From an uncultured Spirochaetales bacterium (GTDB lineage: Bacteria; Myxococcota_A; UBA9160; JAFDET01), in contig CAYTZH010000022.1 in NCBI GenBank assembly GCA_964442285.1, positions 6,120-70,119 of the forward strand: 64,000 nucleotides of DNA, written 5' to 3'. Numbering within the stretch: the stretch's first letter is position 1; every line of letters begins with the position of its first letter. This document shows positions 40,016 to 47,920 of this stretch, piece after piece. Under the pieces are notes generated by a model, which saw only the letters and a list, made by a program, of their open reading frames with translations, was not told the origin of the DNA and made no database searches. The translations under genes and the position numbers were made by a program.

Positions 40016-41356
40016 CTAGCGCACCACCACCGGGGCGCAGACGAGACCCAGTTCGTCGGTCTCGGGCGCGCAGGTGGCGTTTCTGTACTCGAAGAAGAGG
40101 TCCCTGACCGCGTCGTCGGAGAGGGGGGCCAGTCCAAGGGTGATGACGGCGCTGGCGTTCGCCGGGGCCACGGCACTGGTTCGCCGCTGCAGCGTGAAGG
40201 TGGTCGCCCCGGCCGTCGCGATGATCTCGGCGCGTCCGAAGGCGACCACGCGCTCGCGGACGGCGCCCACGACGGCGCGGTACAGGGGCACGAAGGCCTC
40301 GCCGGCGGCGTCGAGCAGCGCGCCGCCCTCTTCGACCTCCTCCCCTGCGAACACCGCCCGGGGCGCGCCCGCGAGCACGCGCCCCACCACCGTGGTGCCG
40401 TCCGGCGCGAAGATCGTCGATCCGACGAGGCTCAGGGTGGTCGCGGTGTCCGTCGACAGACCCTGCCAGGCGCCCACGTCGAAGGCCACCGCGGCGGCGC
40501 CGGGGCCCACCACGGGGTCGGGCCGGCCCACGGCCAGCGCGGGTCGGGCGTCGGCGATGGCCGTCGCGCGCACGGCGAGCCCCCGCTGGCGGAGACCCTC
40601 GTCGGTGAGGCGGCCGAAGAGGACGGCGAGGGTGCCGTCGGGGGCCGAGATGCCGGCCTCGGGCGCCTCGCCCGTGAGGCGCAGCCGGGCGAGGAAGGCG
40701 CGCCGATTCGGGGGGGCGTCGACACCCGGTGTGAAGTCGGCGCGCTCGTAGTTGCAGTTCTCGCCGAAGGTTTCGAGACGGGCGGGGTCCACGCAGCTCG
40801 TGACGCGGGCCCGGGTCGGTCCGGTGAAGGTGCCCCCCACCAGGTCGCCCCGGGCCTCGTCAAAGAGGTTCGGCGCCAGCGGGTCGGGGAATTCGAGGCG
40901 GGGATCGCCCGGACCGACGGGGGGCCCGGCGCCCGTGGCCGCGGGGGCGGTGATCTGCGTCGAGAGGGAGGGGTCGCCGAGGCCGAGGCCGCTCGGATCG
41001 AGCGCGAGGGCGGCCGTGGCGATCGGGCCGACCCGGGCCGTCGCCGCGTCGCCCGCGGCGAAGAGCGCGCCGACGCGCAGGCTGGCGCGCGCTCGGCGGG
41101 CGGCGTCCCAGGCGTCGAAGACGACGCTCGGGTCGCAGCTCGGGTTCGGGTCGTTCTCGCACCAGGCGAGATCGGTCGGATTGCCGCGCCAGCCGCGGGG
41201 GCCCTCCAGGGCCGCGACCTCGGCGGCCGTCTCGAGCCGTCCCTGGGCGCTGTCTCCCACGCCGAGGTCGATCACCAGGGCGGCGAAGGCGAGCAGCGGA
41301 AGCGTGAGCAGGGCGAAGCCGAGGAGGGCGTAGCCGCCCTGGCGCCGATCGCTCAC
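40016..41356 (-). CDS. TadG-like large pseudopilin/pilus-associated protein
   Basis: N-terminal Tad motif RRQGGYALLGFALLTLPLLAFAALVIDLG, followed by about 400 aa of Gly/Ala/Pro-rich sequence with paired Cys. Confidence 0.6.
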   Translation of the reverse strand: MSDRRQGGYALLGFALLTLPLLAFAALVIDLGVGDSAQGRLETAAEVAALEGPRGWRGNPTDLAWCENDPNPSCDPSVVFDAWDAARRARASLRVGALFAAGDAATARVGPIATAALALDPSGLGLGDPSLSTQITAPAATGAGPPVGPGDPRLEFPDPLAPNLFDEARGDLVGGTFTGPTRARVTSCVDPARLETFGENCNYERADFTPGVDAPPNRRAFLARLRLTGEAPEAGISAPDGTLAVLFGRLTDEGLRQRGLAVRATAIADARPALAVGRPDPVVGPGAAAVAFDVGAWQGLSTDTATTLSLVGSTIFAPDGTTVVGRVLAGAPRAVFAGEEVEEGGALLDAAGEAFVPLYRAVVGAVRERVVAFGRAEIIATAGATTFTLQRRTSAVAPANASAVITLGLAPLSDDAVRDLFFEYRNATCAPETDELGLVCAPVVVR

Positions 41357-42426
41357 GGGGCGTCGCCCTCGGGCGACGGCGCCGCAGACCCGTCCGCCCC
41401 CTCCGCGACGGGCGGGGCAGGGGGCACGGGACCGCCGCCCACGGCCACGTAGCGGCGCTCGCTGCCGGAGATCGTCTCCAGGATCGTGTAGCCACCGCCC
41501 TGGGACGTCGACGCGTCGCGTCCGGCGGTGTAGCCGAGGGGCGAGCGGGGGGCGTAGTCGGGGGTCACGCTGTCGACCGGGTCGTCCGGGTGCCCCGAAC
41601 GGATCACCGCCTGCACCTTCGCCTCCACCGCCAGCGCCTGGGTGAGCCGCGCCACCTCGTGGGGCGCCACGGCGATCACCACCTCCTGCACCGGTCGGGT
41701 GCGGGTGATGCCGCCCTGGGTGAGCGTGTTGATGTACACGGGCACCTGGCGCGTGGCCATCGGGGCCACGAGCAGCCCGCTCTGCACGATGACGTCCACG
41801 GTGGCCTGCTTGCGCCAGTTGGCCAGCCCCGGGTCCAGGGTGGTCAGGTCCGCGGCGCGGATGCCCCCGAGACTCTTCGTCTCGAGGCCCTCGGTCTCCA
41901 GCGGCAGCGTGGCGACCAGGTCGAAGCGGTCGCCCACCGCGAGGTCCTGCAGGCCGTTGACCTGGCTCACGTCCACGCGCATCGCCCGCTTGCCCGGCGG
42001 CACGCCCGCGGCGAGTCCGGGGCGGGTGCCCGCGGGCGCGAAGTCGCGCTCCGTGAACGCGAAGCCCCCGGGCTTGGTGCGCTGGAGCACGCGCCCCACG
42101 ATCTTGGTGAGGTCGATGAGCATCGACTCGCGAATCTGCTCCGGCTCGAAGTAGAGCACGGCGACGCGCCCGGTCCGGGGGTTCATCAGGTCGTTCAGGG
42201 TGAGCTTGCGGTAGGCCGGCAGCTCCTTGGGGCTGATGGGTACAGCGACCTTGCCCTCGGGCGGGACGAACGCATCCTCCTCGGAGCCGAGCACCCCGGT
42301 CGCGAAGAGGAACCCGATGACGAGGCCGGCGACACCGAGGCCGAGGATCGCCAGCGGCGCGATCCCGCTGGGCCAGCGTCGTCGGGAGCGGGTGTTCCAG
42401 CGGCTGTCGGAACGTGCGGGGCTCAA
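41353..42426 (-). CDS. cpaB: CpaB/RcpC pilus assembly protein
   Basis: N-terminal TM, SAF-like and RcpC regions (GKRAMRVDVSQVNGL..., GDRFDLVATL). The only start that retains the TM is TTG 42426, overlapping the upstream TGA. Confidence 0.7.
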   Translation of the reverse strand: MSPARSDSRWNTRSRRRWPSGIAPLAILGLGVAGLVIGFLFATGVLGSEEDAFVPPEGKVAVPISPKELPAYRKLTLNDLMNPRTGRVAVLYFEPEQIRESMLIDLTKIVGRVLQRTKPGGFAFTERDFAPAGTRPGLAAGVPPGKRAMRVDVSQVNGLQDLAVGDRFDLVATLPLETEGLETKSLGGIRAADLTTLDPGLANWRKQATVDVIVQSGLLVAPMATRQVPVYINTLTQGGITRTRPVQEVVIAVAPHEVARLTQALAVEAKVQAVIRSGHPDDPVDSVTPDYAPRSPLGYTAGRDASTSQGGGYTILETISGSERRYVAVGGGPVPPAPPVAEGADGSAAPSPEGDAP

Positions 42427-43331
42427 AAATACACCTCGCGGCGGAAGGCGGCCTCGGCCGAGATCACGCGTCGGAACGGCCGCACGACCCGACCGAACGC
42501 CAGCTGGCGACCGAGCCCAAGGGCGCCGGCGTTGGGACCGGCGTCGCGGCTGCCCGTCGCGACCGGAATGCGGCCGACCGTCACCTGGGCCGCCTGGCCG
42601 GGCGCGAGGCCGGTGCAGGTCGTCGTCTCTGCGACGGCGCCCCGGAGAGAGGCGTTTCCATCTGCGTCCACGTTCCACGATAGCAGGGCCGCGGCCTGAA
42701 ATGGGTAGTTGAGACGAAGGGATACGAGGCCTCCGCCCGCGGCGCCGAAGCCCCCGCCCACCGCCTCCAGCACGGGGACGCAGGCGAAGCCCGCGTCCGT
42801 CTCGATGGGGATCACCACCGACAGGCTGCCCGCGCCGTCGCTCACCAGGGCGCCCGGGTAGCGGAGCACGCAGGGCGGCTGGGTGGGGTCGGCACAGGCG
42901 TCGGTGCGATCGAGGAGCATGAGGGGTCGCAGCAGCTGGTTCACGACGGGCAGTGTGCTGAAGAAGGCGTCGAGGTCGGCGTCGGAGCCGCAGTCGAGCG
43001 CACCGTCGCAGCGGATGGCCAGGAAGTCCGGGTCGAAGACGGTCTCCCGCGGCAGCACGGGCGCCCCAGCCAGGACGTCGCAGGGCGGTGTGCCCGTATC
43101 GACGTCGGCGCGGCGACACGCAAGTGCATCGGCCAGGGTGATGCCCGCGGGCGGGAGAGGCAGGAGCGCCACCTCGCGGGCCGCCACCCGGGCGGCGCGC
43201 TGCAGCTGCTGCGCGGCGAAGAAGGCCCGGCCGTAGTCGAAGACGGCGCCGGCCAGGATCACGAAGATCAGGGAGATCAGGGCGAACTCGACGAGCACCG
43301 CGCCGCGGCGATGGCGGTCGGCGGCGCTCAC
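42423..43331 (-). CDS. TadE-like pseudopilin, unusually large (302 aa) and Cys-rich
   Basis: TadE motif RRGAVLVEFALISLIFVILAGAVFDYG. GTG 43331 overlaps the prepilin peptidase stop (GTGA). Confidence 0.65.
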   Translation of the reverse strand: MSAADRHRRGAVLVEFALISLIFVILAGAVFDYGRAFFAAQQLQRAARVAAREVALLPLPPAGITLADALACRRADVDTGTPPCDVLAGAPVLPRETVFDPDFLAIRCDGALDCGSDADLDAFFSTLPVVNQLLRPLMLLDRTDACADPTQPPCVLRYPGALVSDGAGSLSVVIPIETDAGFACVPVLEAVGGGFGAAGGGLVSLRLNYPFQAAALLSWNVDADGNASLRGAVAETTTCTGLAPGQAAQVTVGRIPVATGSRDAGPNAGALGLGRQLAFGRVVRPFRRVISAEAAFRREVYF

Positions 43332-43747
43332 GCCGTGGGCCAGTGGGTCAGGAGACCGTGGGCGAGGAGGCCGGCCGCCATGGCCGGAGCGTAGGCCAGC
43401 TCGCGGGCGCCGCGCGCCGCCGCGATGATCGACAGCACCCCGCCGGCCACGGCGATCGGCACGAGGGCGGCCAGCAGCACCCAGGGGCCCAGGCAGGCGC
43501 CGATCCCGGCCAGCAGCTTCGCATCGCCGCCGCCGAAGGCCCCGAGGGCGAACAGGGCGGCGCCGATCCCGAAGCCGAGGCCCGCGCCCGCGGCGAGGGT
43601 GGACCACGACAGCAGTCCGAGCAGCGCGCCGGCGACTGCGCAGCACGCCAGCGCGACCGGGAACCCGTCGGGGATCTCGTGTCGGCGCGCGTCCACCCAG
43701 CCTGCGGCGACGGCGATCAGCGTGGCGACCCAGAGCAAGCTGCACAT
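43328..43747 (-). CDS. cpaA: Flp prepilin peptidase (A24 family), CpaA/TadV
   Basis: 139 aa, polytopic. Both catalytic Asp contexts present (RRHEIPDGF, FGGGDAKLLAG). ATG 43747 follows GGAGG. Confidence 0.8.
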   Translation of the reverse strand: MCSLLWVATLIAVAAGWVDARRHEIPDGFPVALACCAVAGALLGLLSWSTLAAGAGLGFGIGAALFALGAFGGGDAKLLAGIGACLGPWVLLAALVPIAVAGGVLSIIAAARGARELAYAPAMAAGLLAHGLLTHWPTA

Positions 43748-43763
43748 GCCTCCAAAGCCGAAC

Positions 43764-43793
43764 GGCCCCCTCCGTCGGTGGACGAAGGGGGCC
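43764..43793 (-). terminator. Strong hairpin between flp and cpaA (attenuator/terminator-like)
   Basis: 13-bp stem with one mismatch (43764-43776 / 43781-43793), 4-nt loop; followed on the minus strand by GTTCGGCTTT. Confidence 0.45.
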
Positions 43794-43818
43794 TCGACGT
43801 CGAACGGGCGACGGTCGG

Positions 43819-44178
43819 CTACGGGTTCTCGTCGAGGACGAGCGTAGCCAGATCCGAGGCGTTGGCGGCGCCCAGGAGGTTGGCCCCGAGCCGCTCCGTG
43901 CCCGGAGCGCCCGCGATGGTGGCCGTGTCGAGCGCGATCACGGTACCGCCGGCGTCCGCGCCGATCGTCTCGATCAGCTTGCCGCTGAAGATCGGACCGT
44001 TGTCGTCGGCGTGGGCGCCCGGCAGGACGGCGGCCACGGAGGACACCAGGTCGTTGGTCTTGTGACCGAAGATCGAGACGCCGGCCGAGCTGATCAGGGC
44101 CACGCCCGCGATCAGCAGGCCGTACTCCACCAGCGCCGCGCCGCGGCGGTCGCTCAGGAGTCTGCGAATGAATGCCAT
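43819..44178 (-). CDS. flp: Flp/Fap-family pilin with long C-terminal extension
   Basis: Leader MAFIRRLLSDRRG, then AALVEYGLLIAGVAL (G/xxxxEY processing motif). 119 aa in total. SD GAGAGG upstream. Confidence 0.8.
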   Translation of the reverse strand: MAFIRRLLSDRRGAALVEYGLLIAGVALISSAGVSIFGHKTNDLVSSVAAVLPGAHADDNGPIFSGKLIETIGADAGGTVIALDTATIAGAPGTERLGANLLGAANASDLATLVLDENP

Positions 44179-44250
44179 CTTCTCTTACCTCTCGAGTGGT
44201 TGGTTCCAGCTTGTTCGTGGTCGGGCCCGGATCCTGGCCCGGCCTTCCAC

Positions 44251-46275
44251 CTAGGGAGTGCCGGACGGGGGCTCCGGGTTCCCGGCCGGGTCCGTCCCGG
44301 GCGGGTCCGATTCGACCGCGTGCCCGGGCCCCGTCGCCGCGTGGTGCGGCAGCAGCTCGGAGGCCTCGGGGTACTCCCAGAGCGCCACCCGGGTGAGGGG
44401 CTCCCGGACGATGACCGGGCTGACCACGATGATCAGCTCCTGGTCGTCCTCGTCCTTGTCGAAGCTGCGCCCGAGCCAGCCGATGAGGGGAATGCGGTGC
44501 AGCCACGGCGTGTAGGCGTACTGGTCGCTGGAGCTCCGGTTGAGGAGCCCCCCGATGAGCAGCGTCTGCCCGTCCTGAAGCCGCGCGGACGTGGTCAGGG
44601 TGCGGCTGGCGAAGGCCGAGGTGTTGAGGTCCCCGGCGAGATCGCTCAGGGCGGCGGTCAGCAGGAAGTCGGGCTCGATCACCTGGGGCGTCACGTCCAG
44701 GGTGATCGCGTCGTCCTCGCCCACCAGGGGTCGGATTCCGAGCTGCACACCGAACGGCACGAAGAAGACCGAGCCGAAGACGACGTCGGCCGCGTCGGTG
44801 ACCACCGAGGTGGCCACGGGCACCTCACCGCCCACCTGGAAGGTGGCCACCTCGCCGGAGAGCACCAGGAGCTCCGGGGTGGCGAGGCTCCGCGCGATCC
44901 CCGCCTCGGCGAGGATCGCGAAGAGCAGGTCGATGGCGAACTTCGCCCCCGCCACCTGGAAGTTGTTGGCGGCCGCCCCGCCGAGTAGCGAGAGCGCGTT
45001 CTGGATGTCGGTGCCCCGGCCGCCGCCGATCTGCGGCGCCCCGAGCCCCTGGGCGCGGAGGCCGCCCAGCGTGGGGATCAGGGCGCCCTGCTGGATGTTG
45101 CCGCCGATGAAGTCGCCGCTCGGGGTCCACGAGCTCAGCCGCGAGCGGCTCACCTCGTAGATGCGCACCGAGACCCGGACCTGGGGGAGATCCTCCACCT
45201 CGATGAACGAGAGCAGACGACCCTCGAAGAGCTCGACGATCGTGGCGCGGGCGATGTTGTCGCGCAGGCGGTTCGAGAGATCCTGCGGTCGCAGCCGGAA
45301 GCCGGCGCTGACGCCGCCGCCGAAGCCAGGCAGGCCCTGTACGACCGAGCGTTGGCCGTCCTGTCCGCCGCGCTGGCGGGCCACGGCGCCCGACTCGTCG
45401 GCGATCACGCGGATCTCCCGCTCGATGGAATCCGTGGGCTCGCCGAGCAGACGCCCTGCGACCGTCAGCACCCGGGTCAGGGTCACCTGGTTGTCGACCC
45501 GTCCCGAGAGCAGGAAGGCGTCGCCGGCCCCGGGCACGTCGCCCCGCTGGATGCGTTCGACCGCGACGTTCGCGCCGCCGACCCGACGGACGGCCTGCTG
45601 GATGCGCTCCTCGAGCAGGGCCGGAAGCGTCTCCACCTGGATGAGGTTGATCACGCGTCCCCGTCGCGCCTCCGAGCCGCCGGGCCGGATGAGGCTCGTG
45701 GGGGTCGTCGCGGGCTCCGCTCCGGCTTCGGCCGCCTCGCCGGCGGGACCGGGCGCGGCCGTGGGCAGGATGGGCTCGGTCACACCGCGGGAGCGCCCGG
45801 CCGCCAGATAGGCGGACGCCGCCGCCTCGGCGGCCACGGAGAAGCTCACGTCCGGCACGGCGCCGCGCAGGACCACGGCGTCGCGGTCGGGCGCGGCCTC
45901 GGCCTGGATACCGGGGTGGATCTCGCGGAGCGCGCGCTGGAGGATCGAGAGGTCTCGTTGCACCACGAACACGTACTGCTCGATCTTCCCGTCGGCGAAC
46001 CAGACCGTGAGGCTCGACTGGCCGAGCTGCTTGCCGAGGACCAGCAGCTCGCGCTGGGAGAGGAGCTGGACGTCCAGGCTCTGCTCGTTGCCGAGGGCCA
46101 CACGCACGGTGTCCTGGCGGAAGAGCAGGCGGGCGTGGGTGCCCTGGGCAATGGCCCGTCGCGCGCCCGGGAGGCGCGGATCGGTGCCGATGACGCTCAA
46201 CAGCTCGCTCGCGCCCGCAGGCGGCCCGAGTCCCAGGAGCAGCAGCGCGAGGAACCAGCGGATGGCGCGGCTCAT
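44251..46275 (-). CDS. cpaC: Tad secretin CpaC/RcpA
   Basis: Signal peptide MSRAIRWFLALLLLGLGPPAGA, pilus N-domain, BON-like region, secretin C-domain (TLLIGGLL...IPLIGWLG...ELIIVVSPVIV). ATG 46275 overlaps the sigma stop (ATGA). Confidence 0.85.
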   Translation of the reverse strand: MSRAIRWFLALLLLGLGPPAGASELLSVIGTDPRLPGARRAIAQGTHARLLFRQDTVRVALGNEQSLDVQLLSQRELLVLGKQLGQSSLTVWFADGKIEQYVFVVQRDLSILQRALREIHPGIQAEAAPDRDAVVLRGAVPDVSFSVAAEAAASAYLAAGRSRGVTEPILPTAAPGPAGEAAEAGAEPATTPTSLIRPGGSEARRGRVINLIQVETLPALLEERIQQAVRRVGGANVAVERIQRGDVPGAGDAFLLSGRVDNQVTLTRVLTVAGRLLGEPTDSIEREIRVIADESGAVARQRGGQDGQRSVVQGLPGFGGGVSAGFRLRPQDLSNRLRDNIARATIVELFEGRLLSFIEVEDLPQVRVSVRIYEVSRSRLSSWTPSGDFIGGNIQQGALIPTLGGLRAQGLGAPQIGGGRGTDIQNALSLLGGAAANNFQVAGAKFAIDLLFAILAEAGIARSLATPELLVLSGEVATFQVGGEVPVATSVVTDAADVVFGSVFFVPFGVQLGIRPLVGEDDAITLDVTPQVIEPDFLLTAALSDLAGDLNTSAFASRTLTTSARLQDGQTLLIGGLLNRSSSDQYAYTPWLHRIPLIGWLGRSFDKDEDDQELIIVVSPVIVREPLTRVALWEYPEASELLPHHAATGPGHAVESDPPGTDPAGNPEPPSGTP

Positions 46276-46835
46276 GCTGCGCCCCGAGCGCAGGGTGCGG
46301 CACCGGAGGCCGGTGCGTCGAAGCGCGTCTGGAGCTGGCGGCGGGCCCGATTCAGCCGGGAGCGTACGGTGCCGACCGGTACGGCGAGTCGCTGCGCGAT
46401 CTCCTGGTACTCGAGTCCCATTTCCCGGAGCTCGAGCACCGCTCGATACTCCTCGGAGAGGGAGTCCAGGGCCCGCCGCAGGGCGCGGAGCTCGCGGCGC
46501 GCGTCGAGCTCGCGCTCCGGGTCGCAGAGGGGGCACTGCGCAGCCAGCTGCCCTCCTGCCTCAATCTCCCAGCGACGGCGCCGGTCGCGGGTGCGGCGGG
46601 CGTGCAGGCTGCGATGCACCACGGTCCGCACCAGCCAGCCGCGCACCGACGCCGGGGTCTCGGCGGTCTGCCAGAGGCTGACCAGCGCCTCCTGGACCGC
46701 GTCCTCGGCTTGGTCGTCGTCTCCCAGGATCCGTCGGGCGACCCCGCGCAGGAGGGCCTCGTAGCGATGGGCCACGGCGGCGACGTCGTCGTCGTGCCGC
46801 GCATGACGGGTCCGGTTACCACCGGCTTCTTGCAT
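46272..46835 (-). CDS. ECF-type sigma-70 family factor
   Basis: Region 2 (DDQAEDAVQEALVSLWQ) and region 4 HTH (LELREMGLEYQEIAQRLAVPVGTVRSRLNRAR). ATG 46835 follows GAGGAA; GTG 46865 is an alternative start. Confidence 0.8.
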   Translation of the reverse strand: MQEAGGNRTRHARHDDDVAAVAHRYEALLRGVARRILGDDDQAEDAVQEALVSLWQTAETPASVRGWLVRTVVHRSLHARRTRDRRRRWEIEAGGQLAAQCPLCDPERELDARRELRALRRALDSLSEEYRAVLELREMGLEYQEIAQRLAVPVGTVRSRLNRARRQLQTRFDAPASGAAPCARGAA

Positions 46836-46927
46836 GATCGATTCCTCGCATCGCTCCAGCGCCACGCTGCGCCGGCGGGGACGGCTCTGTGACCGTCACT
46901 CGAATGTGTCGTACGGGGCGGGCGAAC

Positions 46928-47299
46928 TCAGACGAGCGAGGAGGGCGGGGAGCGTGCGCCGGTGCCCGTTGGCGCGGGCTCGCGCGGCGCGGTCGCGGAT
47001 GCGAGCGCGAGGCGGTGCTCGGGGCAGACCGCGGCGCGCGACGCCTCGCTCGACGGCGAGACGGCCGCCGCGCGGCACTGAGACAGCGTTTCGCAGAGGT
47101 CGCAGTCGGCGGCGTCGTGATCCGCCGGGCCGTGATGCGACGCGTCGGCGGCAGCCACGCTGGAGGCCGACGCGTGCTGGAGGTGGCTATGCGCCAGAAG
47201 GACGGCGCCCTGGGAGAGCAGCGCCAGCGCCAGCAGGAGCGAGAGCAAGCGGCGGGTATCGAGCGGCACGCGCGAAACCGCGTGCCGCTCGTGCCGCAT
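46928..47299 (-). CDS. Hypothetical single-TM protein with His/Cys-rich extracytoplasmic part
   Basis: High third-position GC. TM LLSLLLALALLSQGAVLLA followed by HSHLQH...HHGPADHDAADCDLCETLSQC. Alternative start at 47323. Confidence 0.45.
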   Translation of the reverse strand: MRHERHAVSRVPLDTRRLLSLLLALALLSQGAVLLAHSHLQHASASSVAAADASHHGPADHDAADCDLCETLSQCRAAAVSPSSEASRAAVCPEHRLALASATAPREPAPTGTGARSPPSSLV

Positions 47300-47488
47300 G
47301 ACGATGAGGTGACGGTCCCGCATGGGTCTTGGGGGGGCTCCTCGCGGGCCATTCTATGCCTCCCGCCGGGGTGGCTCAACCGAGCGGCAGGGCGGCCGAA
47401 AAGCCCCGGTGGTGGGGGAAGAATTCGTGCCCCACTGCCAGGCTCAGCTATTCTGGCAACTCATCCATGCAACTGGGGGGAATCGCGC

Positions 47489-47833
47489 ATGTCCTGTGAA
47501 CGACACGCCGGCCACGATCACGTCCACAGTGAGGGCTGCGGCCACCTGGCCGTGCGCCACGCCGGTCACACGGACTACGTCCACGATGGCCATCTCCACC
47601 ATCCCCACGCGGACCACGTGGACGAGCACCAGCTGCCGGTGGGCGGCGCAAACCCGGCCGACTGCACCCCGGCTCACGCCTGCGGCGCCCACGCCCGGGA
47701 CCACAGCCACGGTCCCGGCTGCGGGCACGAGCGCCTGCCCCATGGCGACCACGTGGACTACCTGGTGGACGGGCATCTGCACCACGCCCACGGGGACCAC
47801 TGCGACGACCACGGGCCGGTCGAGCCCGCCTAG
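47489..47833 (+). CDS. His-rich putative metal-binding protein with internal duplication
   Basis: 114 aa with two copies of the pattern H-x-H..GCGH..H..H.DY..DGHLHH.H.DH.D.H. Confidence 0.6.
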   Translation: MSCERHAGHDHVHSEGCGHLAVRHAGHTDYVHDGHLHHPHADHVDEHQLPVGGANPADCTPAHACGAHARDHSHGPGCGHERLPHGDHVDYLVDGHLHHAHGDHCDDHGPVEPA

Positions 47834-47886
47834 CGGAGGCCTCCGGCCCGGTTCTGCCCACCCCTGCCACCCATCGCCATCGTGGG

Positions 47887-47911
47887 GCCACGGCCACCGT
47901 GGGGCCGTGGC
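47887..47911. terminator. GC-rich hairpin between convergent genes
   Basis: 9-bp stem gccacggcc / ggccgtggc with a 7-nt loop, no clear U-tract. Confidence 0.3.
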
Positions 47912-47920
47912 GCCGCCGGG

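Noticed and set aside
44179-44250. GGAAC motif upstream of flp as an ECF-sigma-dependent -35 element
   Set aside because: It lies only 24 nt before the flp ATG, so a matching -10 would fall inside the SD, and no CGT-type -10 is present. A promoter cannot be supported from sequence.
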